Below the pieces are notes generated by a model. That model was not told the DNA's origin. It did not search any database and worked only from the letters and a program-made list of their open reading frames with translations. This document shows positions 40,094 to 49,666 of a DNA stretch of 64,000 bases, in pieces. Made by a program: the position numbers and the translations under genes. The stretch covers positions 39,629-103,628 of IMG/VR virus record IMGVR_UViG_3300008267_000040; one strand, written 5' to 3'. Each line of letters begins with the position of its first letter. The first letter of the stretch is position 1. Origin of the DNA: a virus.

Positions 40094-40424
40094 GCACGCT
40101 TAGACGGCAATAAGATCACATAATAACTCACATTTATCAGAGTATTAAATCACATAATAACTCAGATTAAATCAGAGAAGAAAGGGTATTTATATAAGTT
40201 TTCCACACCCTTGTGGAAAAAGAACAACACACAAACATATGTTTTTTAATACATTTTTTTTAATTATCTTTTATTACACAATTACATAAAAATACATTAT
40301 TTAACTTTATTCATCATGTTTTCTACTGTATAACTCATACCAATCAACATATAAGACATACACATTGATAAGGTAATAGAGTTAAAAATGTTTGGTAGAA
40401 TAGGTATTGATTGCTTCATAGGTA

Positions 40425-40721
40425 TTAGTAAGAAGCAGGTTCAAGAGTAATGTTTTCTTTTCTTGAGAGTTTATCTACTTGATAAGAGATTTCATCATTC
40501 ATACACTTATACACAGTCTCATAGATTACATCATAACAATCTAGATTAGAAAGAACTTGTTCTGCTAGTTCATCATTATATGGATAAACAATTTGATTTG
40601 TAACTGGATCATAATGTTCTAATTCTTTTACATCATCCTTTGTATAAAGAAGATAAAAGACTTGTTCATTCGGATCACGTTTTTCTAATGAGTGAATAAC
40701 GTCTTTAACTGTTTGTTTCAT
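40425..40721 (-). CDS. Hypothetical early protein
   Basis: 98-aa ORF, overlapping its neighbour in an operon. Confidence 0.6.
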   Translation of the reverse strand: MKQTVKDVIHSLEKRDPNEQVFYLLYTKDDVKELEHYDPVTNQIVYPYNDELAEQVLSNLDCYDVIYETVYKCMNDEISYQVDKLSRKENITLEPASY

Positions 40722-40912
40722 TTGATTAGGGCAATCAGTTCTTTTTGAATGTTTTGAATTTCTACTTCATCATCTACATCTTGCAAATCAACAGGTGCAA
40801 ATTCAGAAAGATTTACAGTGTTATCATTGTAGATAGGAGCATAATACAACTCTTTCGAATCTTCGTCAAGAGTGTAAAGTGCTGCGTGGTCTTGCTTTTG
40901 AAGAATAATCAT
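40718..40912 (-). CDS. Hypothetical early protein
   Basis: 64 aa. ELYYAPIYNDNTVNL motif, acidic. Confidence 0.6.
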   Translation of the reverse strand: MIILQKQDHAALYTLDEDSKELYYAPIYNDNTVNLSEFAPVDLQDVDDEVEIQNIQKELIALIK

Positions 40913-40994
40913 TTGAGGGAATTAAGAATAATGAGAAGTTCGTTTCCTGTTTGTGCTTTGGACAGGAGATTGATCTTTTCTTTGCGTTTCATAT

Positions 40995-42093
40995 CAGTTA
41001 CTCATTACCTTATTGAACAGTGAATCATAATCATCTTGATTGATGTGGTCAGGAATACCTACATCATAGAAGAATTGAATCATAGATTGAAGAACTTCTA
41101 ATTCTTCAGGAGTGAATCGGAAAATCATTTCTTCCATTTGATTTCTTGTGCTTTGAGGTACTTGTATTCTCGAATAAAAACTTTAATTGCCCAGATTGCA
41201 GTTGCGGTTTTACCAATCAACAGAATCCAACCTAATGTCATCATTGCTCTTTTTGCTCTACAAGTTTAGCAGGTGAACCACAAGACCGATAGAAATCAAC
41301 CATTGCTTGTGCTTCTCTTACATTCGGGAATGATTGAAACCTCCACTCACAATCGTTGTAAGGCACTTGATAAGTAATCTTCACTTGATTATACATTTCA
41401 ATCATTCCTCAATGAAACAAATTTGACTTTGTTCTGCTGCTAACTCTTGCTCCTCATTCACAGTTGCAAATGCAGGAGAAGTTAAAAGAAAGAAAAGAAG
41501 AATATATTTCATCAATCAACCATTGATGAGTTGTTGGACTTGATTGAAATCCTTACATTGTGCTGCTTTAATTGCATTTGTGATGCTATAAGTCACAAAA
41601 CCACAACGGTGTTCTGCATTACACACAGCATAACCAATTTGTTTGGTCTGAATGTCAAAAACAGTTTTAATCAGCATTGCTTGTTTGTGTTTATGTGGGA
41701 CAGATAGAATTAAGAATCAGTCTGCGTATTGTGCATAAACAATCGCAATCTCGGCATTTTCTTCATCATTGAAAGAAATGCCACACATATCAAGCATCCA
41801 ATCATAAACCATTTCCCAATCTGCTTCCATCTCAGAAATGAAAGAAGGCAGAGATTGAATTGCTTCGGAAAAAGTCATCATTGATTGTTTTGTTTGTTTG
41901 TTGAAAAGAGAATTAAGATTCAGATGCGGGCAAGAGCATCTTTCTTTTGCTTCGGATTGGAAACTTGCTTACACCAAGAAGACTTGCGATAAGAACCAAC
42001 TTGAGAAGGAAGTTTTTGCTTACCCTGAACTTCATTCACAAGAGTAATGAAGTTCATGAAGAATTGCTTTTCCATCCGTTGAGCAGCAGTCAT
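40995..42093 (-). other. Run of ~7 tandem small (<60 aa) early genes below the ORF-track cut-off
   Basis: Examples: 41920-42093 MTAAQRMEKQFF..., ~41717-41878 MTFSEAIQSLPSF..., ~41517-41678 MLIKTVFDIQ..., ~41242-41406 MIEMYNQVKITYQVPYNDCEWRFQSF..., ~40995-41137 MEEMIFRFTPEELE... Confidence 0.6.
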
Positions 42094-42120
42094 CTGAATT
42101 CAAATAAAGAATTGGACTTA

Positions 42121-42212
42121 GGTGGGACAGGCACCCCTGCTCCCTCCACCCTCTTAATATAGCACCTTTTGGGGTCTGTGCTCTTTTAGTGTGCCAGTGC
42201 TACAGGTGGCAC
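42121..42212 (-). promoter_or_regulatory. Early promoter cassette: palindrome + -10 + G/C-rich 5' stem-loop
   Basis: GTGCCAGTGCTACAGGTGGCAC at 42191-212; TGCTATATT -10; leader GGTGG...CCACC hairpin. Confidence 0.8.
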
Positions 42213-42258
42213 AGGGTATCATTGGACTCAGATGAGTTGATGATACCTTAGAGGTCAG

Positions 42259-42486
42259 TCATTTCGCATTACTGAAACCTTGAGCAATTCCAGTTACAAA
42301 TGCAGCACCAATACTCATCCAAAAATCAGGACTTTGCACACACTCAGAAACTGCTTGTGCCCAATCTTGAGGAGTAGAGTTCATCAGCATTTTCTTCTGT
42401 TCAGGAGTCAGATTAGAAACAGTTTCACTCCAGGCAGTTTCAATCTCTTGCTCAAACACTTGACTGAAAGAAGACAAATCACTCAT
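42259..42486 (-). CDS. Hypothetical protein with C-terminal hydrophobic segment
   Basis: 75 aa, with its own sigma70 promoter. Confidence 0.6.
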   Translation of the reverse strand: MSDLSSFSQVFEQEIETAWSETVSNLTPEQKKMLMNSTPQDWAQAVSECVQSPDFWMSIGAAFVTGIAQGFSNAK

Positions 42487-42501
42487 CTCTGAACTCCGTT
42501 C

Positions 42502-42530
42502 ATCATAGCACCAATCCCGATGCTTGTCAA
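42502..42530 (-). promoter_or_regulatory. Consensus sigma70 promoter TTGACA-N17-TATGAT
   Basis: Minus strand TTGACAAGCATCGGGATTGGTGCTATGAT. Confidence 0.8.
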
Positions 42531-42750
42531 GGGGTCTACGGTTCTTCTACCTATCAGCATCCCTGATGGGTATGCTGGGGAAAACAAGACTACATCTCAT
42601 TCACCATAAAATCAATTTGATTCTGATAGTAATTGATGTCTTCAGTAATAGATTCAATCACCTGAACTTGATGTTTAGGTACATTGTCCCTTTCTTTCTG
42701 AAGTTCTTGAATCCGTTGCATCAACAGTTTAACTTGGTCTTCCATTGTTA

Positions 42751-42999
42751 TTACAGTTGCACAAGGACTTTCATCATTGCAGAAACTTCTGCTTTAGTAT
42801 TCCATCCAATCACATCTTCAGTCATATTTCCATTCGGTCGGAAGATTGCAACCTCATAAGTATTGTCAGTCACATTACCATACAATCCACTTCCAGGAAG
42901 TCCAGCAACAACAGAAATACTCCAATCATTTCTGAACTTATACCTTCCCTGAATTGCACCAGGAATAGAATGTGCTTCAAACTCAAGTTGCTCAAACAT
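42751..42999 (-). CDS. Hypothetical phage protein
   Basis: MFEQLEF...YKFRNDWSISVV...GLYG...TYEVAIF...DVIGW widespread phage motif. Start trimmed to MFEQ. Confidence 0.6.
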   Translation of the reverse strand: MFEQLEFEAHSIPGAIQGRYKFRNDWSISVVAGLPGSGLYGNVTDNTYEVAIFRPNGNMTEDVIGWNTKAEVSAMMKVLVQL

Positions 43000-43003
43000 T
43001 GTA

Positions 43004-43336
43004 TCAAACAAATTGTTGGGACAGTGCATACTTAACAATCTCTGTGCGATTGTCTTTGTACTCTAGAAGAAGGTCAATGATGGGTTTAGTGTCCTCTGGA
43101 TTTTGAAGTTCAGGGTCACACTCATCATTGGCAAGTGCAGTAAAAATACTTGCAATCTCAAAGTCTGATTCAAACAGAAGTTCCCGATGCTCGTCAATTT
43201 GTAGATAATCATCTACAGCATTACCAGTCAATTTCAATGGAACATCAGGACCAATCAAACCCAAAGTGGCAAGTCGTTCCAATGCACCAACAACCCACAT
43301 AATTTTGCACTCACCAATCGACAGTTCTGTGTTCAT
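43004..43336 (-). CDS. Hypothetical protein
   Basis: 110-aa ORF in the minus-strand operon. Confidence 0.6.
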   Translation of the reverse strand: MNTELSIGECKIMWVVGALERLATLGLIGPDVPLKLTGNAVDDYLQIDEHRELLFESDFEIASIFTALANDECDPELQNPEDTKPIIDLLLEYKDNRTEIVKYALSQQFV

Positions 43337-43377
43337 TGTATTAAGAATAAAGGGAAGAAAGGGAAAGGGTGTTTAAC

Positions 43378-44052
43378 TCACACCCCACAGAGTTGCTTAG
43401 TCACAGAACCAGATGCTTGACGGTTCAGAGAAACACCAGCACCAACGTTAGAACCAGCATAAGCACCAGCACCGTTAGCACCATTCATCTTCTTGGCACG
43501 TCCGAATCGCATCGTGGAGAGTTTGCTCTTCACTGCATCAGCATCATCATGCACTCGGTTCTCTGCTACTTTCATTTCACGCAGACGTTCTGCAACCTTA
43601 TCAGCAAATGCTTTACGGAAGTTCAACTTGAAACTGCGAGAAACAGTTTTACCAGTAATGTCTGCCATAACCTTCTCTGCTTTATGTGCAACATCTGCCT
43701 CTTTCTCCATCACCTGAACCAGGTAATCATAATAGAGACGCACTTGGATTTGTTGTGCTTCACTACCAATCACCTGCAGAGATTTGGTATCTCCATTCTT
43801 CAGGTATGCCATTGCATCATAGAACTTTGCAATCGCATTAGCAATCGTAGTCAGAGCAACATTGGTTTTCTTGAAAGAGATAAAAGACTCATCAAGAACT
43901 TGAGTTTCAGTTGCCTCACTGATGGTTACACCATACTGCTTGCACAGTTTGTCAATCATCTTAGCAGCAGCATCTGCCTCACCCTCAAAAGAAGTTCCAT
44001 TCTGAAGTTTCAGGATGGATTGAATCTTTGCGATGACTTGAGTGCGGTCCAT
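43378..44052 (-). CDS. DUF2786-family protein
   Basis: MDRTQVIAKIQSILKL...EGEADAAAKMIDKLCKQYGV N-terminus; FKLNFRKAFADKVAERL. Start trimmed to the ATG downstream of the promoter. Confidence 0.7.
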   Translation of the reverse strand: MDRTQVIAKIQSILKLQNGTSFEGEADAAAKMIDKLCKQYGVTISEATETQVLDESFISFKKTNVALTTIANAIAKFYDAMAYLKNGDTKSLQVIGSEAQQIQVRLYYDYLVQVMEKEADVAHKAEKVMADITGKTVSRSFKLNFRKAFADKVAERLREMKVAENRVHDDADAVKSKLSTMRFGRAKKMNGANGAGAYAGSNVGAGVSLNRQASGSVTKQLCGV

Positions 44053-44070
44053 TGTAAAGAATTGAGATTG

Positions 44071-44160
44071 GGACTCGGGTGGGACTGCTCCCTCCACCCT
44101 CTTAATCTACCAGAAAAAAGTGCCAGTGCCCGTTTAGTGTGCCACCAGTACAAGTGGCAC
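44071..44160 (-). promoter_or_regulatory. Early promoter cassette with 5' stem-loop
   Basis: GTGCCACCAGTACAAGTGGCAC at 44139-60; TAGATT -10; GGGTGG...CCACCC hairpin. Shares ctgctccctccaccctcttaat with the 42.1-kb copy. Confidence 0.8.
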
Positions 44161-44327
44161 AGGGTATCACTGGACTCACCGAGTTGTGCTGATAATGTCA
44201 GCAACAGTGTAAAGTGTGTTTGCAGTCAGATTCCTCACACCAGGAGAGAAAATAAATGCAACCGCAAAGATAAGAATTATAGTTCGCATCTTATCTGGTG
44301 CTTTGAAAGTTAATGTCTTAGTTCGCA

Positions 44328-44531
44328 TCAGGCACAGATGGAATAGAGTTTGTTGAACTCATATTCTCCATCTTCACCCTCAACTGCCTGATAAACAAAT
44401 ACAGTTTCACCAGACAGTTCAACACTCCAATCAAGAGCATCTTCTTTGGCATTGTCTACATCTTGATACCACTCGGCATCAATAAGGTCAAAAGAGACAG
44501 GGCAAGAAAGAAACATTGGAGTCAAAAACAA
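44328..44531 (-). CDS. Acidic hypothetical protein
   Basis: 67 aa. AKEDALDWSVELSGETV motif. Confidence 0.6.
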   Translation of the reverse strand: MFLTPMFLSCPVSFDLIDAEWYQDVDNAKEDALDWSVELSGETVFVYQAVEGEDGEYEFNKLYSICA

Positions 44532-44610
44532 ATGAATTAAGTTGATGGTGCAAGTGTGATATGCCTCATCAGGACATAACAGGGACTTGCACTCTATCGT
44601 TTCTATTTAA

Positions 44611-44808
44611 TCAGACTGCAGCAAGGTAAGCAGCAATCTCATCATCATTCTCGGGACAATCAGCAATGCCCAGTTGATCACAAACTTGCTCACGAGTGAG
44701 TTCAGTTTGGTCAGGAACAATCACATCAAGAATGTTCAGAAGTTGAGTTCCAGTAGCACCCTTGCGGAGCATACCGAGCATCACATCTTTGGAGAAAGAA
44801 ACAGTCAT
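44611..44808 (-). CDS. Small early protein (TGxxLLxxLD motif)
   Basis: MTVSFSKDVMLGMLRKGATGTQLLNILDV..., first gene after the promoter at 44907. Confidence 0.65.
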   Translation of the reverse strand: MTVSFSKDVMLGMLRKGATGTQLLNILDVIVPDQTELTREQVCDQLGIADCPENDDEIAAYLAAV

Positions 44809-44835
44809 TTGAGTTGGAGTTAGTTTGACGTTTGT

Positions 44836-44928
44836 GGGGTGGGTTGGTTGCCCTTCCCTCACCACCCCTATACAATACCACATTTTGGGCACTGTGCTCA
44901 TTTACTGTGCCACCAGTACAAGTGGCAC
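44836..44928 (-). promoter_or_regulatory. Early promoter cassette with 5' stem-loop
   Basis: GTGCCACCAGTACAAGTGGCAC at 44907-28; TATTGT -10; GGGGTGG...CCACCCC hairpin. Confidence 0.8.
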
Positions 44929-45378
44929 ATCGCATAATTGGACTCGGTGGGACTGGATTTTGCTAGGAAGCACCAACCCCCCTGAGTCCTATGCGGGACA
45001 CATAATGAGACCGAGAAGAGTTTTTGTTTCTTCTCTGATTCCACCTGCAACCCAGGCACCCCCCACCGCAGGATGCAGTCCCATTGCAGTCTCGTGTGAA
45101 ACTGTTGATTTGGGATTTTTCTGCAATCTGGGGTCAAGGTGCCCTAGGTCATGGACCACAATCTCATCGACGGTCCATCTGAAACTGTTGAGAATCAGGC
45201 AGATTCCAGCAGTTCAGGATAATAGTCTTTAACTTCTGTAATCAATTCTTCCTCAGTATAATCAGTAAGATTTTCTACGAGAGTATCATAAACAAAACGT
45301 TCCATTGTTTTGTAGTCCATGCTATCCAGCATTTGCTGAGCATAAGCATCAATCAGGTCTTCTTTATTCATGATAAGT

Positions 45379-45591
45379 TCAGTGAGATTCAGAAATTACA
45401 AGGTAATCAAGTGAATTGACACACCAACCAGTTTGGTCGGAAATCAAATCAGAAAGTTCATCTTCATTATCAACCTCGAAGACTTCACCAATCACAGATT
45501 TAGCAACTGCGACTTGCTCATCATAAGGAAGTTCCCCAGATGAATCTTCAAAGTCAAACTCAATGTCAGTTAGTTTCAGAAGCATTGTCAA
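45379..45591 (-). CDS. Acidic hypothetical protein
   Basis: 70 aa. TDIEFDFED...DELSDLISDQTGWCV motif. Confidence 0.65.
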   Translation of the reverse strand: MTMLLKLTDIEFDFEDSSGELPYDEQVAVAKSVIGEVFEVDNEDELSDLISDQTGWCVNSLDYLVISESH

Positions 45592-45836
45592 ACCTCAGCA
45601 AAAGGATTAGCAAGTTGCGGAATCGTATTGAAATCTACAACTTCATAAGGAATGGTGTGATTAAGATACTCTTCAATCTCAAGATTCATCTCAATTCGAT
45701 TGAGAAACTTCTTGGATTGACTTTGACCCATAAAAGTCAAAGTTTTTAGAAACCACTCTTCGGATACATTGCCCATCGGAGTTTTGATGGGGTAGAAATC
45801 CACCACCATGTTGCCATCTTTAGATTGGAGTTTCAT
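45588..45836 (-). CDS. Conserved cyanophage hypothetical protein
   Basis: 82 aa. MKLQSKDGNMVVDFYP. Confidence 0.65.
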   Translation of the reverse strand: MKLQSKDGNMVVDFYPIKTPMGNVSEEWFLKTLTFMGQSQSKKFLNRIEMNLEIEEYLNHTIPYEVVDFNTIPQLANPFAEV

Positions 45837-45880
45837 TGAGTGATTAGAATGAAGTGAATTGGAGTTAAGAAACTAACGTG

Positions 45881-46276
45881 TCAGAATTGTGTATCGAACA
45901 CAAACCCATCTTCATAAACGCAATCAAGATTATCGAAACTTGATTCCCAATCAATTTCCAGAAAACCAGGCATTTCCGTAGTATAACAGTCATTCACAAA
46001 GTTCTCTACATATTCACCTTTAGAACTCCAAGCACCACGGTAAGAATCTTGGAAACCAGGAAGTTGGTCGAGACCAAAATACTCAACAAAAGCATCTACT
46101 GCTTCATAATTGTATTCTTCTCCAAGTTGACAATAATCTTCGTAAAACTTTACGAGATTATCTTCACCGTGCTCTCCAATGAACTCATAAATGTCCTCAT
46201 CGGAAAAGTTATTATCAACCAGTTCTTTGATAAACTCAACAGTCGATTCTTTGAGATTCACTTCGATTGCAGGCAT
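45881..46276 (-). CDS. ArdA-like antirestriction (DNA-mimic) protein
   Basis: Very acidic. FQDSYRGAWSSKGEYVENFV...IDWESSFDNL...EDGFVF resembles the ArdA C-terminal domain. Confidence 0.6.
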   Translation of the reverse strand: MPAIEVNLKESTVEFIKELVDNNFSDEDIYEFIGEHGEDNLVKFYEDYCQLGEEYNYEAVDAFVEYFGLDQLPGFQDSYRGAWSSKGEYVENFVNDCYTTEMPGFLEIDWESSFDNLDCVYEDGFVFDTQF

Positions 46277-46304
46277 TGGGTTTCTCAACCTCGATTACTT
46301 TGTA

Positions 46305-46363
46305 ATCATAGCACCCCCAGCAGGGGTTTGGACGGTGTAATGTGCCACCTCTACAAGTGGCAC
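46305..46363 (-). promoter_or_regulatory. Early promoter (palindrome + TGCTATGAT)
   Basis: GTGCCACCTCTACAAGTGGCAC at 46342-63. Confidence 0.8.
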
Positions 46364-46542
46364 AGTCTCACTCAAGACTCACTCATCATACCAGTATTCA
46401 TAATCTTTCACAATGTCATCAGGATGATGATACTTTTCAGTCATACGGTCAATGAAATCTTGGACCTCACCATCATCTAAATCAGCATTGAAATAAATCG
46501 TGAGGTTGACAGATTTATATTGAGTCACAGTCGTTTGTTCCA

Positions 46543-46953
46543 TCAAAGTTGTTCTTGAATCAGTTTAGAAAGTTCATTGAAAGTATAACCTGAATCGTTC
46601 AGGTCCGCAAGTCCTTCGTGATAGAACCAACTATCTTCATCATCTTCTTCAACATCAATTTTTACCACAGGACAATTTTCAGTGAATCCTGCCCAATCCA
46701 TTACAGATTCGGGCACAAACTCACTTTGGTCTTCAAAATACCAATAGTCTTTAGGTTGAAGATTAGTTTCTTCAATGCCCCTAAACTCCCATTCAGTATT
46801 GTGTTCTTGTGCATAAAGGTCACACAGAACACCAAGACAACAATAACCACTCACAGTGCGGAGTTTTTCACTGCCCTGCTCGTATTTACCAGAACGCAGA
46901 GCATCAATCCACTTTTGCTTAACTTCAGGATTCATTGCCGTTGACATCATCAA
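46543..46953 (-). CDS. Hypothetical phage protein
   Basis: KWIDALRSGKYEQG...YCCLGVLCDL...LNDSGYTFNELSKLI widespread phage family. Confidence 0.7.
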   Translation of the reverse strand: MMMSTAMNPEVKQKWIDALRSGKYEQGSEKLRTVSGYCCLGVLCDLYAQEHNTEWEFRGIEETNLQPKDYWYFEDQSEFVPESVMDWAGFTENCPVVKIDVEEDDEDSWFYHEGLADLNDSGYTFNELSKLIQEQL

Positions 46954-48088
46954 ACCAAGTGTCGAGTGAGTTAAAAATTTCAGTTACAATAGTATCAGTA
47001 ATAGAATCAATGTGTGGTTCAGGATTGTGCTTAAACGCACGGTTGTATCCGAACCTAACACCTTCCTCTATTGCCATTTCCAATACATTACGGAATCTAG
47101 GTTTCATAACACCTCCCAATCACATTCCCAAGAGTCATTGACATTTACCCAAAAGAAGTATTTTTGATTCTCTGATGCGAGAAACAACATACCATCACCC
47201 TTGTCTTGCTCTACAATACAAGTTGGGTTGTTATCCATAAAATTGCAAAGTCTATTCTTTGCTTTCTTGGATTTAGGTCTAACAATTACTTTGCGTGGAT
47301 GTGACATTAGTTCACAGTAAGAACAAGTTTAGCAACACGTTTCTCTCCAGCAACTTCCTGCAACTTATCATAAACTTTTTGGAACTGAACTCCCAAGTTC
47401 ATATAATAAGCAGAAAGTTGATAATTCTCTGCAAGATAAAGAGCATTTTCTTTCTCTTCAAGTGCAGAGATAATGTCTAGCAACTCACCAGAAGTAAATG
47501 AAATTGAAGTCATTTTGCAGAGTTCGGAAAACAAATACCATCAACATTAGTGGAAATAGTTGTCTCTAAGACAACATCAAAATCTTCAGTCATTTTGACA
47601 TAATTCCAGAGAGTGTCAGTCTCATCTTCCACATTTTCCTGATAACAGTGAATGAAACCTTCCGAGTCTTGTTTTACATAACAACCATCATAGTCTTCAT
47701 TATCAAAGACATAACCAGATGCAATTAGTGCTTCAATGAAAGTCATTTGATGTCGAAGATGTCGAATAGTTCTCGTTGAGTTTTAGTGAAGAGTGTATCT
47801 TCAGGGGGATACTCATAGAGTTCCAACTCAAACTCTTTGTAGAAATACATAATGTCCCGAAGAGCAGTAAGTTGCTTCTCGGTCAAGATTTCTTCAATAG
47901 TCAGCACAGTGTCAAGCATAGTTTCAGTAATCAGTTCCGTCATTTTCACACTCTTGAATCCAATAAGCATAGCACGGAAAGTTCAGAGGATGGTCTACAT
48001 TCCGTTTGTACCAATCGTATGCAAGACGCAAACGATTTTCAGGCACCTGCAAATAAGGAATGTTTGTCAGATGCGGGGTGTAAGTCAT
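46925..48088 (-). other. Six tandem small hypothetical early genes
   Basis: ORFs 46925-47119, 47104-47307, 47307-47534, 47510-47746, 47743-47970 and ~47924-48088, with overlapping stop/start codons. Confidence 0.6.
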
Positions 48089-48111
48089 TGGACTTCCTCA
48101 ACCATGAATCC

Positions 48112-48170
48112 ATAATACCCCAGAATCCCCCGTACCGCAACCGCATCTGTGCCACCCCTACAAGTGGCAC
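48112..48170 (-). promoter_or_regulatory. Early promoter palindrome
   Basis: GTGCCACCCCTACAAGTGGCAC at 48149-70. Confidence 0.8.
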
Positions 48171-48177
48171 ACCAGCA

Positions 48178-48996
48178 TCAATAAATGGCAATCAGTTCTT
48201 TAACTTTTCCCCTTGATTCGGAACTAGCACCAACACTCCTATTCACATCAACTTCAATTATCTTTCTTGCATCACAGTAAAGTTCTCTTGCTCTCTCTAC
48301 ATCATGATTGCTGATGATTACTTTTGCTCCTTGACTTTTGAGATACTTTGCAAGTTCAACCAATCGTATTTGGTCTGAATCAGTAAATCCCTCGGTATGA
48401 TAATCTGTAAAATTAGATGTTTCACTCAATGGAATGTAAGGTGGGTCAAAATAAACAACAGTTTTCTCATTGATGTTTTGATACAACTTCATTTCAGAGA
48501 AATCAAGAGAGTGCATGTATAATTGATTCTTCTCTCTCATTGTGTTGGTGAAGTTAATCATTTCAGTTCTTGGGAAAGTCACACTCTTATACTTTCCAAA
48601 GGGAACATTATACTTACCTTGTTTGTTGTATCGAGTCAATCCATTGAAACTATGTTTGTTGAGATAGACAAATAATGCAGACTTTTCTCTGCTATCTGCA
48701 GTTTCATTGAACAGTTCTCGATTTCTATAGAAAACTACTTCATCATTTCCATCAATAAAGTAAGATTCACAATAGTCAATGAAGTCATTGCCTTCTGAAA
48801 TCAAATACTGATAAGTCCGAATCAAATCATTGTTTGCGTCATTGATAACAATGACTGGGCAATCCACAATGTTCAGTGATACACTTGCTGCACCACTGAA
48901 CGGTTCAATAAATTGAGTTGGATACCCAATAATAGGAATAAGTTGGGGCAGGAGTCTAAACTTACCACCTGCCCACTTTAGAAAAGGTTTATTCAT
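48178..48996 (-). CDS. dam: Dam-family (D12 class) DNA N6-adenine methyltransferase
   Basis: KPFLKWAGGK, FIEPFSGAASV, LNKHSFNGLTRYNKQGKYNVPFG (GATC-type recognition loop), YFDPPY, ISNH. Confidence 0.9.
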   Translation of the reverse strand: MNKPFLKWAGGKFRLLPQLIPIIGYPTQFIEPFSGAASVSLNIVDCPVIVINDANNDLIRTYQYLISEGNDFIDYCESYFIDGNDEVVFYRNRELFNETADSREKSALFVYLNKHSFNGLTRYNKQGKYNVPFGKYKSVTFPRTEMINFTNTMREKNQLYMHSLDFSEMKLYQNINEKTVVYFDPPYIPLSETSNFTDYHTEGFTDSDQIRLVELAKYLKSQGAKVIISNHDVERARELYCDARKIIEVDVNRSVGASSESRGKVKELIAIY

Positions 48997-48998
48997 TT

Positions 48999-49646
48999 TT
49001 ATCCAGAGATACTTCTACCAAAATCAGCACGCAAATAAAATGCCATACCCTTATCATTAAGGGTTACACCTGTAAAATCACAAGGAGTATAACCACCTTT
49101 TTTCCGTTGAGATGCTTTTGTACGAATTTGCATCAACATGTTGGGTCCATTTATAGTGTGAGTTGGTTTACCTTTATTTGGACCCTTCTCATTTACAAAC
49201 CCAAGTTCATCCAATTCCACACCACGTTCGTATGCAAGTCTGATATTATCGCAAATAAAATTATAATCCTCACGAAGTTTATGATAATGCTCTGGGTCAA
49301 CTTCTTCATTGAGAAGTGTAGTCCCCAAATACTCATTTTCCTTCGAAAATGAAATGTAAATAACTTGCTTCAGTTTTTCTCCAACTTTACTTTCTTCAAA
49401 AGAAACTTTATCTTCGATGATTTCAGAAAGACAATGTTTCATTTGAGTTATAGCAATCGTTTCACCAACAGTAAAAGTTTTTAGTTCACCGTCAATCATA
49501 TCAGTGAGTTCGGAATTGTTTTCCATTCCCAACGCATTTTGGATAATTTGACCACGAGAACCTTTATTCTTTGTTGGTTTGCCAAACCCCTTAAAGTCAG
49601 TGACTTTTAGTTTAGCAACAACTTGAACAGTGGAGAGTTTTTGCAT
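48999..49646 (-). CDS. MutH/Sau3AI-family PD-(D/E)xK endonuclease (single domain, 215 aa)
   Basis: NKGSRGQIIQNALG...S..TD...GELKT, later LREDYNFI and MQIRTKAS, matching the MutH/Sau3AI pattern. Start trimmed to MQKLST downstream of the promoter. Confidence 0.7.
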   Translation of the reverse strand: MQKLSTVQVVAKLKVTDFKGFGKPTKNKGSRGQIIQNALGMENNSELTDMIDGELKTFTVGETIAITQMKHCLSEIIEDKVSFEESKVGEKLKQVIYISFSKENEYLGTTLLNEEVDPEHYHKLREDYNFICDNIRLAYERGVELDELGFVNEKGPNKGKPTHTINGPNMLMQIRTKASQRKKGGYTPCDFTGVTLNDKGMAFYLRADFGRSISG

Positions 49647-49666
49647 GTCTCTTTGTGTATGAATAC

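Larger units (their letters stand above)
39686..40220. promoter_or_regulatory. Cluster of cyanobacterial-type DnaA boxes (TTTTCCACA); putative origin or DnaA-binding locus
   Basis: Perfect boxes at 39686-94, 39705-13, 39718-26, 39739-47, 40199-207 and 40212-20; 1-mismatch box at 39730-38. Non-coding context; AT-rich tract ~40230-40320. Confidence 0.75.
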
